This document shows, in pieces, positions 1-9,531 of a stretch of DNA of 64,000 nt (its first letter is position 1; each line of letters starts with the position of its first letter). A program made the translations under genes and the position numbers. The stretch is from Chloroflexota bacterium. GTDB lineage: Bacteria > Chloroflexota > Anaerolineae > Anaerolineales > UBA11579. The stretch is from contig JAMCZK010000054.1 in the NCBI GenBank assembly GCA_023485685.1, positions 2,440-66,439 of the forward strand, given 5' to 3'. The notes below the pieces were generated by a model. It made no database searches. It saw only the letters and a list, made by a program, of their open reading frames with translations, and was not told the origin of the DNA.

Positions 1-48
1 GTTGCGGAGTTCAAGTGTTTCGCGCATCGTTTTTTCCAATATGTTTTT

Positions 49-191
49 TTGTCATTTCGAGCCATGGCGTTCTGCGCCCTCTTCTGGCGCAGCCGAGCGA
101 GAAATCCCTTTGGATTCCGGAAACCTGTAGACCGGAATCCTGATTGCAAAGGGATTCCTCTTCGGGCCTTCGGCCCTCATCGGAATGACAA
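49..191. repeat. MITE-like palindromic intergenic element (family with ends ~GTCATTNCGAG / CTCGNAATGAC)
   Basis: Left end TTGTCATTTCGAG (49-61) and right end CATCGGAATGACAA (about 178-191) are imperfect inverted repeats. Same architecture as 6060-6188. The overlapping ORF 49..297 is judged repeat-derived. Confidence 0.6.
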
Positions 192-205
192 GGTTCTAAG
201 TGACC

Positions 206-238
206 TGACAGGTCTCGCGGAAGCCGCGAGACCTGTCA
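206..238. repeat. Perfect 15-bp-stem hairpin immediately 3' of the SBP gene (REP-like, possible terminator or stabiliser)
   Basis: TGACAGGTCTCGCGG (206-220), loop AAG, CCGCGAGACCTGTCA (224-238) are exact reverse complements. No U-run follows on the minus strand. Confidence 0.7.
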
Positions 239-248
239 TTGTCAAGTC

Positions 249-1322
249 TTACTCCGCAGTAGTGGATATTGTGATCGAACCGTCAATAATTCCCTGAACA
301 GTGGAATCACCGAGGGCTTTCACATCCGCTGGCAATGGGTAGTCAGGATTGTATTCGATGACTTCGCCACCATTAGCAAGGTTGATGGCAAAAGACTGAC
401 CGCCGAGAGTCCCGGCATTGATCAGGTCGATCATCTGCTTCAGGATAACCTCCCAATGGTACACCTGGCTGTCTACAATGACGGAGGGTGCCAGGGGAGC
501 TTGGTTGGCATCGCTGGCGAACCAGGGCACACCAGCCTCTTCGGCCTTGCCGATAGCGCCTACCACCATTTGAGAAGTACCACTTAACACATCGGTGCCA
601 GCAGCTATATGCGTCGAGGCAGCTTCTGCTGCCAGAGCTGTGTCGGAGAACGAACCGGTATAGGTAACACTTACCGTAGCGTTAGGATCCGTGGCTGCAA
701 CGCCAGCTGTGAACCCATCGACGTATAGCTTGGCATCACCGGTCTCAATTGGCATAACCAGACCTATGATCTTGCTTGTTGAGATGGTCGCCGCGAGGAC
801 GCCGTTGACGTAACCACCTTCATCGGAAGCCGCTTCATAAGCAAAGATGTTCGGCTGGCCGAAGGTATCCACCGTGGTGCCCCAGGCAAAGCTGACATCC
901 GGGAAATCGGGGGCGATTTCCTGCAAGGAGGAACCGTATTGCGATCCGTGGGCAATCACCAGGTCAAAGCCCTGGGACGCGTAGTCGCGCAACGCGGCGG
1001 CGGCATCGTCTACAACGAACATGTTCTCGGAATATACGAACTCAAAATTGTCCGGGCCGCCCATTTCCTCCTGAATTGCCACCAGCCCATCGTACATGCT
1101 CTGACTAAAGGCATAGTCATTGATCGCGCTGGGCAAAATTACCGCCACGCGGAAAGGTTCCGCGGCGGGTTCTTCGGCTGCGGGTTCCTCGGCGGCCGGT
1201 TCCGGAGTCGCAGCCGGGCCGCAAGCGGCCAGGACTAACAACAACGACAGGACCAGGGCTAAAAACAAACCAAATTTTTTCATCTTCTTCTCCTTGTTGG
1301 ATGAGAGGCTCTTGTTGAACAC
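249..1322 (-). CDS. BMP-family (PnrA/Med-like) ABC transporter substrate-binding lipoprotein
   Basis: 357 aa. Signal peptide with lipobox LLVLAAC-G and a Pro/Glu/Ala linker (AAEEPAAEEPAAEP). BMP-type binding-protein motifs follow (AVILPSAINDYAFSQS, IAHGSQYG). Last gene of a permease-permease-SBP operon. Confidence 0.85.
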   Translation of the reverse strand: MFNKSLSSNKEKKMKKFGLFLALVLSLLLVLAACGPAATPEPAAEEPAAEEPAAEPFRVAVILPSAINDYAFSQSMYDGLVAIQEEMGGPDNFEFVYSENMFVVDDAAAALRDYASQGFDLVIAHGSQYGSSLQEIAPDFPDVSFAWGTTVDTFGQPNIFAYEAASDEGGYVNGVLAATISTSKIIGLVMPIETGDAKLYVDGFTAGVAATDPNATVSVTYTGSFSDTALAAEAASTHIAAGTDVLSGTSQMVVGAIGKAEEAGVPWFASDANQAPLAPSVIVDSQVYHWEVILKQMIDLINAGTLGGQSFAINLANGGEVIEYNPDYPLPADVKALGDSTVQGIIDGSITISTTAE

Positions 1323-1389
1323 ATGCTATCCGAGTTTCTTGCTACCTGGGCACACCTCCTTCACTCATTTGTCGGATCGAATCATTCAT

Positions 1390-2322
1390 CTATGATTCCC
1401 TTTCGAAAGGCCTGGTCAACGCAGCTGGAGCGCGCACACGTTTCACCGTGACGACCAATACCAGGATTGTCAGGACGTAGGGCATCATCACCGCGATCTC
1501 GGAAGGAATCGCGACTCCTTTCACCTGGATCCACAGTTGGAGTGAATTCACCAGGCTAAATAGGAGTGAGCCAGCCATTACACCCCAGGGAGACCAGGCG
1601 CCGAAATAAACCAGCGCCACGGCTATGAAACCCAGCCCACTGGTCATGTTCTGTTGAAAGACGTTGAGCAGAGCAATGGACAGAGATGCACCTGCCATCC
1701 CTGAAAGGGTTCCACCCAAGATGATCGTAAAGTACCGCACGCGCGCCACGCTAACCCCCAGCGAATCGGCCGCGTCCGGGTTTTCTCCTACGGCGCGGAT
1801 CTTCAAGCCTAGAGTAGTTTTATTCAATACGAACCAGGCAATGGGCACCAGCGCGAAAGCAATGTACACCAGCACATTCTGGCTGAAGAAAATTTCCCCG
1901 ATGCCAGGGATGTCGCTGAGCACCGGGATGTGAATCTTTGGGAAACCGTTGACGGTCTCGACTGTGCCCAACATTTTCTGGAACAGCAGGTCGCTGAGAC
2001 CCAAGCCGAATAAATAAAATCCAATGCCACTGATGCCTTGTTGCGCGTGGAGATTCACCGTAACGAAGGCCATCGCAAGCCCCATTAGTGCGCCCACGAT
2101 GAGGGCAACGAGAAGGGCTAGCCACAGATTGCCTGTGGTGATTGCAACGTAGAACGCGGCAAAGGCGCCAAGCAACATCTGCCCTTCCACGCCCAGATTC
2201 AGCACGCCGCTGCGTTGTCCAAAGGTCTCGCCAATGGCTGCAAACAAATACGGTGTTGCTAATCGGATGCCAGAGGCCAGGATGCCGACTAATACAGTCA
2301 GTGAGAACAAGTTCTCTATCAC
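1390..2322 (-). CDS. ABC transporter permease (BMP/simple-sugar type)
   Basis: 310 aa, highly hydrophobic multi-TM protein. 4-bp overlap with the upstream permease gene and same strand as the BMP SBP. Confidence 0.85.
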   Translation of the reverse strand: MIENLFSLTVLVGILASGIRLATPYLFAAIGETFGQRSGVLNLGVEGQMLLGAFAAFYVAITTGNLWLALLVALIVGALMGLAMAFVTVNLHAQQGISGIGFYLFGLGLSDLLFQKMLGTVETVNGFPKIHIPVLSDIPGIGEIFFSQNVLVYIAFALVPIAWFVLNKTTLGLKIRAVGENPDAADSLGVSVARVRYFTIILGGTLSGMAGASLSIALLNVFQQNMTSGLGFIAVALVYFGAWSPWGVMAGSLLFSLVNSLQLWIQVKGVAIPSEIAVMMPYVLTILVLVVTVKRVRAPAALTRPFERES

Positions 2323-3470
2323 GGCTGCGCCTCGGTTGTCCTTAGGTTTTCATCGGTTTCCGACTTCGCCTCGGCTTGAGCGCCCGCAGCCGCCAGCCGC
2401 TGCCTCTGGCGGCGTCGCCGCCAAATCTCGCTGCTGACCACGAAGACGACCACCACTCCATTTAAGACAGTCACCAGTGCAGAAGGCACCTGGACCACGC
2501 GCTGCATGCTGTTGGCGCCTACCAACAGCGCACCGAATAATATGGAAGCAGGGATCGACAGGAGGGGATGCAGTTGCCCGAACAGTGCTGCTACGATGCC
2601 ATTGAAACCTGCGCTGCCGGTGAACCCAGTGGCAGAGCCATCGGTGATCATGCGATAGTTGACACCGAACACCTGGATAGCACCAGCCAAGCCGGCGAAT
2701 GCACCGCTGAGCAACAAGGCAGTGACAATGTATCGACTCACTTTGATGCCCGCGTAACGGGAGGCAAAAACATTTTGACCGACCGCGCGGATGCGGTACC
2801 CAAGGGTGGTGCGCCAAAGAAGAAAGTAAACAACGAAGGCAAGAACTACTGCGATCAGGATGCCTAAGTGCAGGCGGGTCGGTGCCAGGCGCGGCAGCTG
2901 GAAAGCATCCGGCAATCGAGCACTCTCAGGGATCTTCGCGGATCGCTCGGCGAAATCAGGATCGATCATAGGGCCACGCAGTAAGAAGTTCATCAACTGT
3001 ACGGCGATGGCGTTCATCATCACCGTGCTCAGAATCTCATTGACTTTGAAGTAGGCTTTTAAATATCCGGCAATGCCGCCCCACAGCGCGCCGCCTGCAA
3101 AACCAGCCAACAAAGATAAGGTGATTACCAGCCAGCCCGGCCAATTTGTGAACGCAAGGCCAACCCATGTGGCGGCGAGGGCGCCTACAATCATCTGCCC
3201 TTCACCGCCAATATTGATCACATCGCCACGGAATGAGATGCAAATACCCAGGGCGACCAGCAACAAGGGCGTGGCTTTGACCAGAGTCTCAGCAAACGCG
3301 TTGGCGCTGCCAAAGGCCCCATCCCAAAGAGCCCCATAGGCCTGCATGGGATTGGCCTTGAGCAACCACAGCATCACCGCCCCCACCAACAGGGCCGCAA
3401 GCGCCGCGAAGACAGGCAGCAGCGCATCAATGACGCGGGATGCCCATTCAGAGCGGAAGAGTTTGGTCAT
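2319..3470 (-). CDS. ABC transporter permease (BMP/simple-sugar type)
   Basis: 383 aa multi-TM protein. Arg-rich C-terminal tail (EIWRRRRQRQRLAAAG). Translationally coupled to the next permease. Confidence 0.85.
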   Translation of the reverse strand: MTKLFRSEWASRVIDALLPVFAALAALLVGAVMLWLLKANPMQAYGALWDGAFGSANAFAETLVKATPLLLVALGICISFRGDVINIGGEGQMIVGALAATWVGLAFTNWPGWLVITLSLLAGFAGGALWGGIAGYLKAYFKVNEILSTVMMNAIAVQLMNFLLRGPMIDPDFAERSAKIPESARLPDAFQLPRLAPTRLHLGILIAVVLAFVVYFLLWRTTLGYRIRAVGQNVFASRYAGIKVSRYIVTALLLSGAFAGLAGAIQVFGVNYRMITDGSATGFTGSAGFNGIVAALFGQLHPLLSIPASILFGALLVGANSMQRVVQVPSALVTVLNGVVVVFVVSSEIWRRRRQRQRLAAAGAQAEAKSETDENLRTTEAQP

Positions 3471-3646
3471 TGGCGGATGGTCTTCCCTTTCAAGTATAAA
3501 GAAATCCTCGAATTACTTGTCAGACAAATTGTAATGAAAATTGTGGGATGTTTGTCCCTATCAGTCTTGATAGTCGGCTAAGACAATTCAAGACCTGTCT
3601 GGACAGGAAAATATTAATTACAGTCCATAAGGCATCTGTATCGAAG

Positions 3647-3675
3647 AAAGGAAAGAGGCCCCCTACGCCTCTTTC
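3647..3675 (-). terminator. Putative intrinsic terminator of topA
   Basis: AGGAAAGAGGC (3647-3657) pairs with GCCTCTTTCCT (3665-3675), 11-bp stem and 7-nt loop, about 30 nt after the topA stop. On the minus strand it is followed by TTCTTCGAT (only partly U-rich). Confidence 0.45.
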
Positions 3676-3707
3676 CTCTACTAAAAAAAATCACTTGTTG
3701 GAATTTT

Positions 3708-6035
3708 CTATGCCTTTTCCCCCTCCGTCTCATCTTTCATCACCTCTTCCAGCGGGAACATCGTCTCGCAATTCAGGCATTGCGCCGATTGCTTATTGGC
3801 GATCACCAACGTGCCGCCGCAATTTGAGCAGAGCGTGGCGATGGGCTTTTTCCACGAGGTGAACTCGCATTCAGGGTAATTGGCACAGCCGTAGAACACG
3901 CGGCCTTTGCGTGTGCGGCGTTCCACCAGATCACCACCATCCAGAGGGCAGGTCACGCCGATCTTCTGCAGCCACGGCTCGGTGTGCCTACATTCCGGGA
4001 AGCGCTCGCAGCCGATGAACTTGCCATAGCGTCCCCAGCGGATGATGAGCTGCCCCTGGTTGCATGTAGGGCAGATGCGGCCGATGTACTCCGGCTCCGC
4101 CTTGGACTCGGGCATCTCGGCCTTGGCGCGTTCCACCACCTCGGAGAACGGCTCGTAGAACTCACGAATGATCTTGACCCAATCCTCTTCGCCAGAAGCG
4201 ATCTTGTCCAGATCCTCTTCCATCTCGGCGGTGAATTGGTAATCCACCACGCCGGGGAAATGTTCCGTGATCAAATCATTGACCAGCAAGCCGGTCTCTG
4301 TGGGAATCAGACGTCGCTCTTCGCGAATCACGTAGCCGCGAGCTTGCAGTGTGTTCAGCGTCGGCGCGTACGTGGAGGGACGGCCGATGCCGTATTCCTC
4401 CAGCGTTTTCACCAGTGTCGCTTCACTGTAGCGCGGCGGCGGCTGGGTGAAATGCTGCCCGGGGATCAGCTGTACCAACTTCTGCTTCTGTCCCTCGGAA
4501 ACCTCAGGAGGGACTTTCGCGTTCTCTTCCTCCTCTGTGCCAGCAGGGACGGTTTCCTCGTACACAGCGAGGTAACCGGGGAACACAAGATTGGAGCCGG
4601 AGGCGCGCAGTGAGTATTTGTGCAGCGGCGCCTCCCCCATCACGCGCACAGAGATGGTGTCATACACCGCGGGATTCATCTGAGAACCCAGGAAGCGCTG
4701 CCAGACCAGTTGATACAGCCGGTATTGGTCGCGGCTGAGCTGTTCCTTCACCTGGGACGGCGTGCGGCGCGCCGAAGTAGGGCGGATGGCCTCGTGCGCT
4801 TCCTGCGCGCCTTTGGAGCGAGTGTTGTACACCGGCGCTTCATCGGGGAGGTAGCTGGGTCCATGTACTTCTTTGATGTAATCGCGGGCTTCTTGTTGCG
4901 CAATCGGCGAGATGTTTGTGGAGTCGGTGCGCATGTAGGTGATCAGCCCGGTAGTCTCACTCTCGCCCAAGTCGATGCCTTCATATAATTGCTGCGCTAC
5001 GGCCATAGTGCGCTTGGCGGTAAAACCTAATTTGCGAGAGGCCTCCTGTTGCAGTGTGCTGGTGGTGAACGGCGCCGGCGCCTTGCGTCTGCGCTGGCCA
5101 CGCTTGATCTCGGAGATGGTGTACGCCGCCGACTGCATGTCAGCCAGGAGAGGATCAACTTCCTCCTTCTTGCCCAGTTTGGGCTCGGCGCCGTCAACAT
5201 CGAAGAGCTTGGCGATAAATGTGGAGCTGGAGCCTTCAGGCCGCAACTCAGCATGGATGTCCCAATATTCCACGGGGACGAACGCTTCGATCTGGCGTTC
5301 GCGTTCGACGATCAGCCGCAGCGCCACCGATTGTACGCGGCCCGCGGAGAGACGGTTACGCACTTTCGCCCATAGAATGGGACTCATGCTGTAGCCCACC
5401 AGTCTGTCGAGGACGCGACGGGCCTGCTGCGCATCGACCAGGTCCATGTTGATCTCGCGGGGATGATTGAAAGCTTCTTCGATGGCGGGCTTGGTGATCT
5501 CGTGAAAGACAACACGCTTGGCGCGTTCAGGCGCGATCTCGGCCGCCTCGATGAGGTGCCAGGCAATCGCCTCCCCTTCGCGGTCGGGGTCAGTGGCCAG
5601 GAAGATTTCTTCGGCGCGCGCGGCCTCCTTCTTCAGTTCTTTCACCACCGGCCGTTTCTCGTTGGGGATACGGTACTTGGGCTCGAAATTATTCTCCACA
5701 TCGACGGAAAGCTGCGAGCGCAGCAGGTCGCGTACGTGGCCGACAGAAGCTTCCACACGATAACCGTTTCCCAGGTATCTGCCAACGGTGCGCGCCTTAG
5801 CCGGCGACTCGACGATTACCAGCTTGCCGGAACGCTTCGCATCGGCGCGTTCTTGCGGCGTGGGCTTGGGCGGCGACGTCAAGCCTGCGTGCGCCGGTGT
5901 GCTGCCCATGCGAAACAGTGTTGTACCGCACACCGGGCAAGTGCCGCGCGTACCCGGAGCGCCAACCTTGGTGAATTCGGGCGCGGGATTTTGCATTTCT
6001 CGCTTTGTTTTACATTTGACGCAATATGCTTCCAA
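3708..6035 (-). CDS. topA: DNA topoisomerase I with an extra N-terminal zinc ribbon and C-terminal zinc ribbons
   Basis: 775 aa. Toprim motifs KLVIVESPAKARTVGRYLG and DPDREGEAIAWH, active-site region ITYMRTDS. C-terminal CxxC...CxxC repeats (CPTCNQG, CERFPEC, CANYPEC, CSNCGG). Confidence 0.95.
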   Translation of the reverse strand: MEAYCVKCKTKREMQNPAPEFTKVGAPGTRGTCPVCGTTLFRMGSTPAHAGLTSPPKPTPQERADAKRSGKLVIVESPAKARTVGRYLGNGYRVEASVGHVRDLLRSQLSVDVENNFEPKYRIPNEKRPVVKELKKEAARAEEIFLATDPDREGEAIAWHLIEAAEIAPERAKRVVFHEITKPAIEEAFNHPREINMDLVDAQQARRVLDRLVGYSMSPILWAKVRNRLSAGRVQSVALRLIVERERQIEAFVPVEYWDIHAELRPEGSSSTFIAKLFDVDGAEPKLGKKEEVDPLLADMQSAAYTISEIKRGQRRRKAPAPFTTSTLQQEASRKLGFTAKRTMAVAQQLYEGIDLGESETTGLITYMRTDSTNISPIAQQEARDYIKEVHGPSYLPDEAPVYNTRSKGAQEAHEAIRPTSARRTPSQVKEQLSRDQYRLYQLVWQRFLGSQMNPAVYDTISVRVMGEAPLHKYSLRASGSNLVFPGYLAVYEETVPAGTEEEENAKVPPEVSEGQKQKLVQLIPGQHFTQPPPRYSEATLVKTLEEYGIGRPSTYAPTLNTLQARGYVIREERRLIPTETGLLVNDLITEHFPGVVDYQFTAEMEEDLDKIASGEEDWVKIIREFYEPFSEVVERAKAEMPESKAEPEYIGRICPTCNQGQLIIRWGRYGKFIGCERFPECRHTEPWLQKIGVTCPLDGGDLVERRTRKGRVFYGCANYPECEFTSWKKPIATLCSNCGGTLVIANKQSAQCLNCETMFPLEEVMKDETEGEKA

Positions 6036-6059
6036 GATATCTATTCCTTTATCTCTTTT

Positions 6060-6188
6060 TTGTTATTCCGAGCACTTCACTTTGCTCCGTATAAACTCCG
6101 CTAAGAATCCCTCGGACGAAATAACGACTGCTTGTAATGGCCTTAGGGATTCCTCGTCGTGGGGCTACGTCACTCCTCGGAATAACAA
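6060..6188. repeat. MITE-like palindromic element with perfect 13-bp terminal inverted repeats
   Basis: TTGTTATTCCGAG (6060-6072) is the exact reverse complement of CTCGGAATAACAA (6176-6188). Fills the topA / mannose-1-P guanylyltransferase spacer. Confidence 0.75.
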
Positions 6189-6205
6189 TATTTATTAACC
6201 GCGAA

Positions 6206-7297
6206 TTACAGATAACGTTGCAGCCCTTTTTCCTTTAATCGCTCGATCACCTTGCGCAAATCCTGTGAACGTTCCTTGGAACAAATCAAAAGCACATCGC
6301 CGGTATCCACCACCACCAGGTCTTGGATGCCAACGGTAACGATCATCCGATCCTGTCCGTTGCTGTGTACCAGCGAATTACGGCTATCGAAATCCAGATG
6401 TTTTTCATGCCGCACCAAATTGCCGCTGCTGTCTACGCCAAGCACTTCGAACAACGAAGACCACGAGCCTACGTCGTTCCATTCCATGCCCTTGGCCGGG
6501 ATCACGGCCACCTCTTTGGCGTGTTCCATGATACCGTAGTCGATGGTCTGGGCGGCGATGCGCGGCCATTCGTAATTCCGCACCTTCTCGAAATCAGGCT
6601 GGCCCCATGCCTGGCTGATCTTTTCCAGCGCGGCATGCAGCTTCTTCATGTGATGGGCAAACTCAGCCCAGATGCGCTCCACTTTCCAAATGAACATACC
6701 GGAATTCCAGGCGTAGAACCCCGCCTCCAGCATTTTTTGCGCCTCGACAGCATCCGGCTTTTCCTTGAAACGCTGGACTTTGTATGCAGGGTAACCGCCT
6801 GTCTCACCCAGCGATTCGCCCATTTGGATATAACCGTATTGAGTAGCTGCATAAGTGGGGTCGATGCCCAAGGTGACCAAGTGATCCTTGAGCGCAAGTT
6901 CTTTGGCGGCCAGCAGGTGGCTGCGGAATTCGGCCTCGTTACCGATGTAATGGTCGGCGGTAAGCACGGCCATCACGGCGTCGGGCGCCCGCCTGTGCAA
7001 AAAGGCCGCGGCCAATCCAATAGCCGGAGCGGTGCCGCGCGGCTGCGGCTCCAGCAAGAAATTCTCTTCCAGCAGCTCCGGCGCCTGCTTGCACAGCTCG
7101 ATACTGTGCTCCTGATTGGTTACCACCAAAATACGCTCCGGCGGGAACAGAGACTCTAGCCGGTGCACAGCGATTTGGAACAGCGTGTGGTCGTCGATGA
7201 GCTGCAGCATTTGCTTGGGGCGCGATTGGCGCGACAACGGCCACAAGCGTGTGCCGCCGCCCCCAGCCATGATCACTGCGTAATAATTATCAGTCAA
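6206..7297 (-). CDS. Mannose-1-phosphate guanylyltransferase (nucleotidyltransferase only, no PMI/cupin domain)
   Basis: 363 aa. N-terminal AVIMAGGGGTRLWPLSR sugar-nucleotidyltransferase motif, then LEPQPRGTAPAIGLAA and GYIQMGE. Confidence 0.85.
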   Translation of the reverse strand: MTDNYYAVIMAGGGGTRLWPLSRQSRPKQMLQLIDDHTLFQIAVHRLESLFPPERILVVTNQEHSIELCKQAPELLEENFLLEPQPRGTAPAIGLAAAFLHRRAPDAVMAVLTADHYIGNEAEFRSHLLAAKELALKDHLVTLGIDPTYAATQYGYIQMGESLGETGGYPAYKVQRFKEKPDAVEAQKMLEAGFYAWNSGMFIWKVERIWAEFAHHMKKLHAALEKISQAWGQPDFEKVRNYEWPRIAAQTIDYGIMEHAKEVAVIPAKGMEWNDVGSWSSLFEVLGVDSSGNLVRHEKHLDFDSRNSLVHSNGQDRMIVTVGIQDLVVVDTGDVLLICSKERSQDLRKVIERLKEKGLQRYL

Positions 7298-7343
7298 TTG
7301 ATTTCCTTAATTCAGCAAGTGTTTCGGCTAATTTACTCCAGAT

Positions 7344-8579
7344 TTACTTTGCTGGGGATTGCTTTCCCTCGTCGCCGCTGAGCGGCTCGCTCGGGACAGG
7401 CTCTGGACTTTCAGCCCTCCTCGCAAGCTGCGGTTGCGTCGGAAAAGCACCGACGCGCGGCGAGCCTTCCTTGGCAGTGTACTCGGCGCGGGCTTCGCGG
7501 GCGGCCACATAGTTCATGCCACCTACCTGGCGAACCAAGCCTTTGAGTTCCATCAGCGCCAAAGCGGAGGTCACCTGTTCGATAGGCATTTCAGCCAGTA
7601 CACCCAGATCATTGACATGAACCGGTTCCTGGCTTAGCAACGCAAACAATTTGGCTTCTGTGGCATCGCCGGGCAATGTCAAGCGAGCATTCTTCTGCTC
7701 GCCCATCATTTCTAGATTCAACGCATCGAGGAGGTCTTCGTAGTGCACCAATGGATGCGCACCCTTCTGGATAAGCAAATTTGTACCTTTGCTGGCTGGC
7801 GCATAAATACTGCCGGGAATAGCGAAAACCTCGCGGCCTTGCTCGGCGGCGAAGCCGGCGGTGATCAGCGCACCACTTTCGAGACCAGCCTCGACAATCA
7901 CCACCGCCAGCGACAAACCGGAGATGATGCGGTTGCGCGGGGGAAAATTAGCTGCATCGGGCGGCGTGCCGATGCCATAGTCACTAACCAGCGCGCCGTT
8001 GGCAATAATATCTTCACCAAGGCGGCGATTCTCGTTGGGATAAATCCGATCGAGACCATGAGCCAGCACCGCAATCGAGCGGCCCCCGGCATTGATTGCT
8101 GCTTGATGTGCAATAGCGTCCACCCCTTTGGCGAGCCCACTGATGAGGGTGATGCCGTTGCGGCCAAGGAACGCGCCCAATTCATCGGCGACTTGATGAC
8201 CGTAAGAAGTTACGCGCCGGGTACCAACGACGGCGACTGCCCATTCATCCGTGGGCAGCAATTCGCCGCGATAATAGATGACGGGCGGAGCCTGCTCCAG
8301 TTCGCGGAGGCGGCGCGGGTAATCTTCATCGTCCCAGGTCAGAGCCTTGATCTGATGTCTTTCCAGATCAGCGGGAATGGCCTGCGGATTGATTCTCTTT
8401 CGCGCCTCAAGGAAGTTCGCCACAATCGATTCGCCCAATCCTGCTGCGCGCAGACGACTTGGCGATGCGTCCCAGGCCGCCCGTGCACTGCCGAAAGTTT
8501 CCAGTAGGTTTCGGAAACGCACGGCGCCGATCCCTTTGACCATGTTCAAGGCTAACCAATAACTCCGTTCGTCTGACAT
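7344..8579 (-). CDS. dprA: DNA-processing protein DprA/Smf
   Basis: 411 aa. Motifs VAVVGTRRVTSYG, SGLAKGVDAIAHQAA, NRIISGLS. The last ~35 codons (7344-7440) run through an intergenic-repeat-type sequence (PEPVPSEPLSGDEGKQSPAK), so the true C-terminus is uncertain. Confidence 0.9.
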   Translation of the reverse strand: MSDERSYWLALNMVKGIGAVRFRNLLETFGSARAAWDASPSRLRAAGLGESIVANFLEARKRINPQAIPADLERHQIKALTWDDEDYPRRLRELEQAPPVIYYRGELLPTDEWAVAVVGTRRVTSYGHQVADELGAFLGRNGITLISGLAKGVDAIAHQAAINAGGRSIAVLAHGLDRIYPNENRRLGEDIIANGALVSDYGIGTPPDAANFPPRNRIISGLSLAVVIVEAGLESGALITAGFAAEQGREVFAIPGSIYAPASKGTNLLIQKGAHPLVHYEDLLDALNLEMMGEQKNARLTLPGDATEAKLFALLSQEPVHVNDLGVLAEMPIEQVTSALALMELKGLVRQVGGMNYVAAREARAEYTAKEGSPRVGAFPTQPQLARRAESPEPVPSEPLSGDEGKQSPAK

Positions 8580-8713
8580 AGGGGTTCCCCCTAAGAAAAG
8601 CGGGGACAGAATAACATAGCGCTTTGCGCTATGTCAAGGAAAGCTGCATTTGCTTCGCAAACGCGGGAGAATGCTGTTTGGCTTCGCCAACTACGCATTC
8701 TCCAATATTTTCT

Positions 8714-9223
8714 TTAACGTAAACCCGGCAATATGTGTACGACAATCTGTTTGTTCGGCAATTCGACGCGTAAAATCACATCGCTGATAGCGGGCAAGAG
8801 GATGTCCTTTCCCGAATCATCGCGGACCACGTAAATATCGCTTGCACCCGTGTTGAAAATCTTCGAAAGCGTGCCGAGAACCTCGCCATTCTCTTCAACA
8901 ACCTTCAACCCGAGCAACTGATGTTGATAATATTGTCCTGCCGGAAGAGCGGGCGCATCAGTAATTTTTCTGTAGAGCGGCAAATTATGAAGACCTTCAA
9001 CAGATGGCTTATCCGGAAATTCTTCGAGAGACAAGAGCAAGCCTTCGGCGTGTTGCCTGCTCGTGCGAATTGTGACAGGCTGATGCTCGTCCCCCAAATA
9101 GAATCTCGCGCCTTTGACCAGCCGCTCGGGGAAATCTGTTTCCAGCGAGACCAATACCTCGCCCTTCAATCCATGTGGGCGGCGTACGATACCCACAACA
9201 ACAAACACAGGCCCGCTTTCCAA
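8714..9223 (-). CDS. rimM: 16S rRNA processing protein RimM
   Basis: 169 aa. VVGIVRRPHGLKGEVLV N-terminal barrel plus PRC-barrel C-terminus. Sits in the canonical rpsP-KH-rimM order. Confidence 0.9.
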   Translation of the reverse strand: MESGPVFVVVGIVRRPHGLKGEVLVSLETDFPERLVKGARFYLGDEHQPVTIRTSRQHAEGLLLSLEEFPDKPSVEGLHNLPLYRKITDAPALPAGQYYQHQLLGLKVVEENGEVLGTLSKIFNTGASDIYVVRDDSGKDILLPAISDVILRVELPNKQIVVHILPGLR

Positions 9224-9279
9224 TGGCGAGCCTGTTGATTTGTTGCGTCGTTGCGCAGCGTATCGGCGGCGAGGACTGG

Positions 9280-9516
9280 TTATTCGGGCTCCGAGATTTG
9301 CAGGAAGGCGCGCTTGCCATCACGGGCGGCAGCCACCTGCAACAGGACACGGATGGCATTCGCCACCCGACCATTGCGCCCGATTACGCGGCCCATATCC
9401 TCCCGGGCTACTTTCAGCGCGATCTCAGTGCTTTCTCCCTTTTTACGCTGCAAAACCTGAACTTGCGTGGGATCATCCACCAAAGAGCGAGCGATATATT
9501 CGATGAGTTCCTTCAT
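9280..9516 (-). CDS. KH-domain RNA-binding protein (YlqC/UPF0109 type)
   Basis: 78 aa. GRVIGRNGRVANAIRVLL is a KH GxxG-type motif. Conserved position between rpsP and rimM. Confidence 0.85.
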   Translation of the reverse strand: MKELIEYIARSLVDDPTQVQVLQRKKGESTEIALKVAREDMGRVIGRNGRVANAIRVLLQVAAARDGKRAFLQISEPE

Positions 9517-9531
9517 ACAGAGTAGGGAGAT

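Noticed and set aside
3471-3646. A possible riboswitch in the structured leader of the ABC permease operon (hairpins GTCTTGA…TCAAGAC, CCTGT…ACAGG).
   Set aside because: I cannot match it to any riboswitch consensus by eye. The evidence is insufficient without a covariance-model (Rfam/Infernal) scan.
3984-8507. Long antisense ORFs inside topA, the guanylyltransferase gene and dprA (for example 3984..4613, 6323..7159, 7743..8507). The same occurs elsewhere (26283..27137, 58493..59500).
   Set aside because: These are typical high-GC antisense open frames opposite well-supported genes, with no motifs or start signals.
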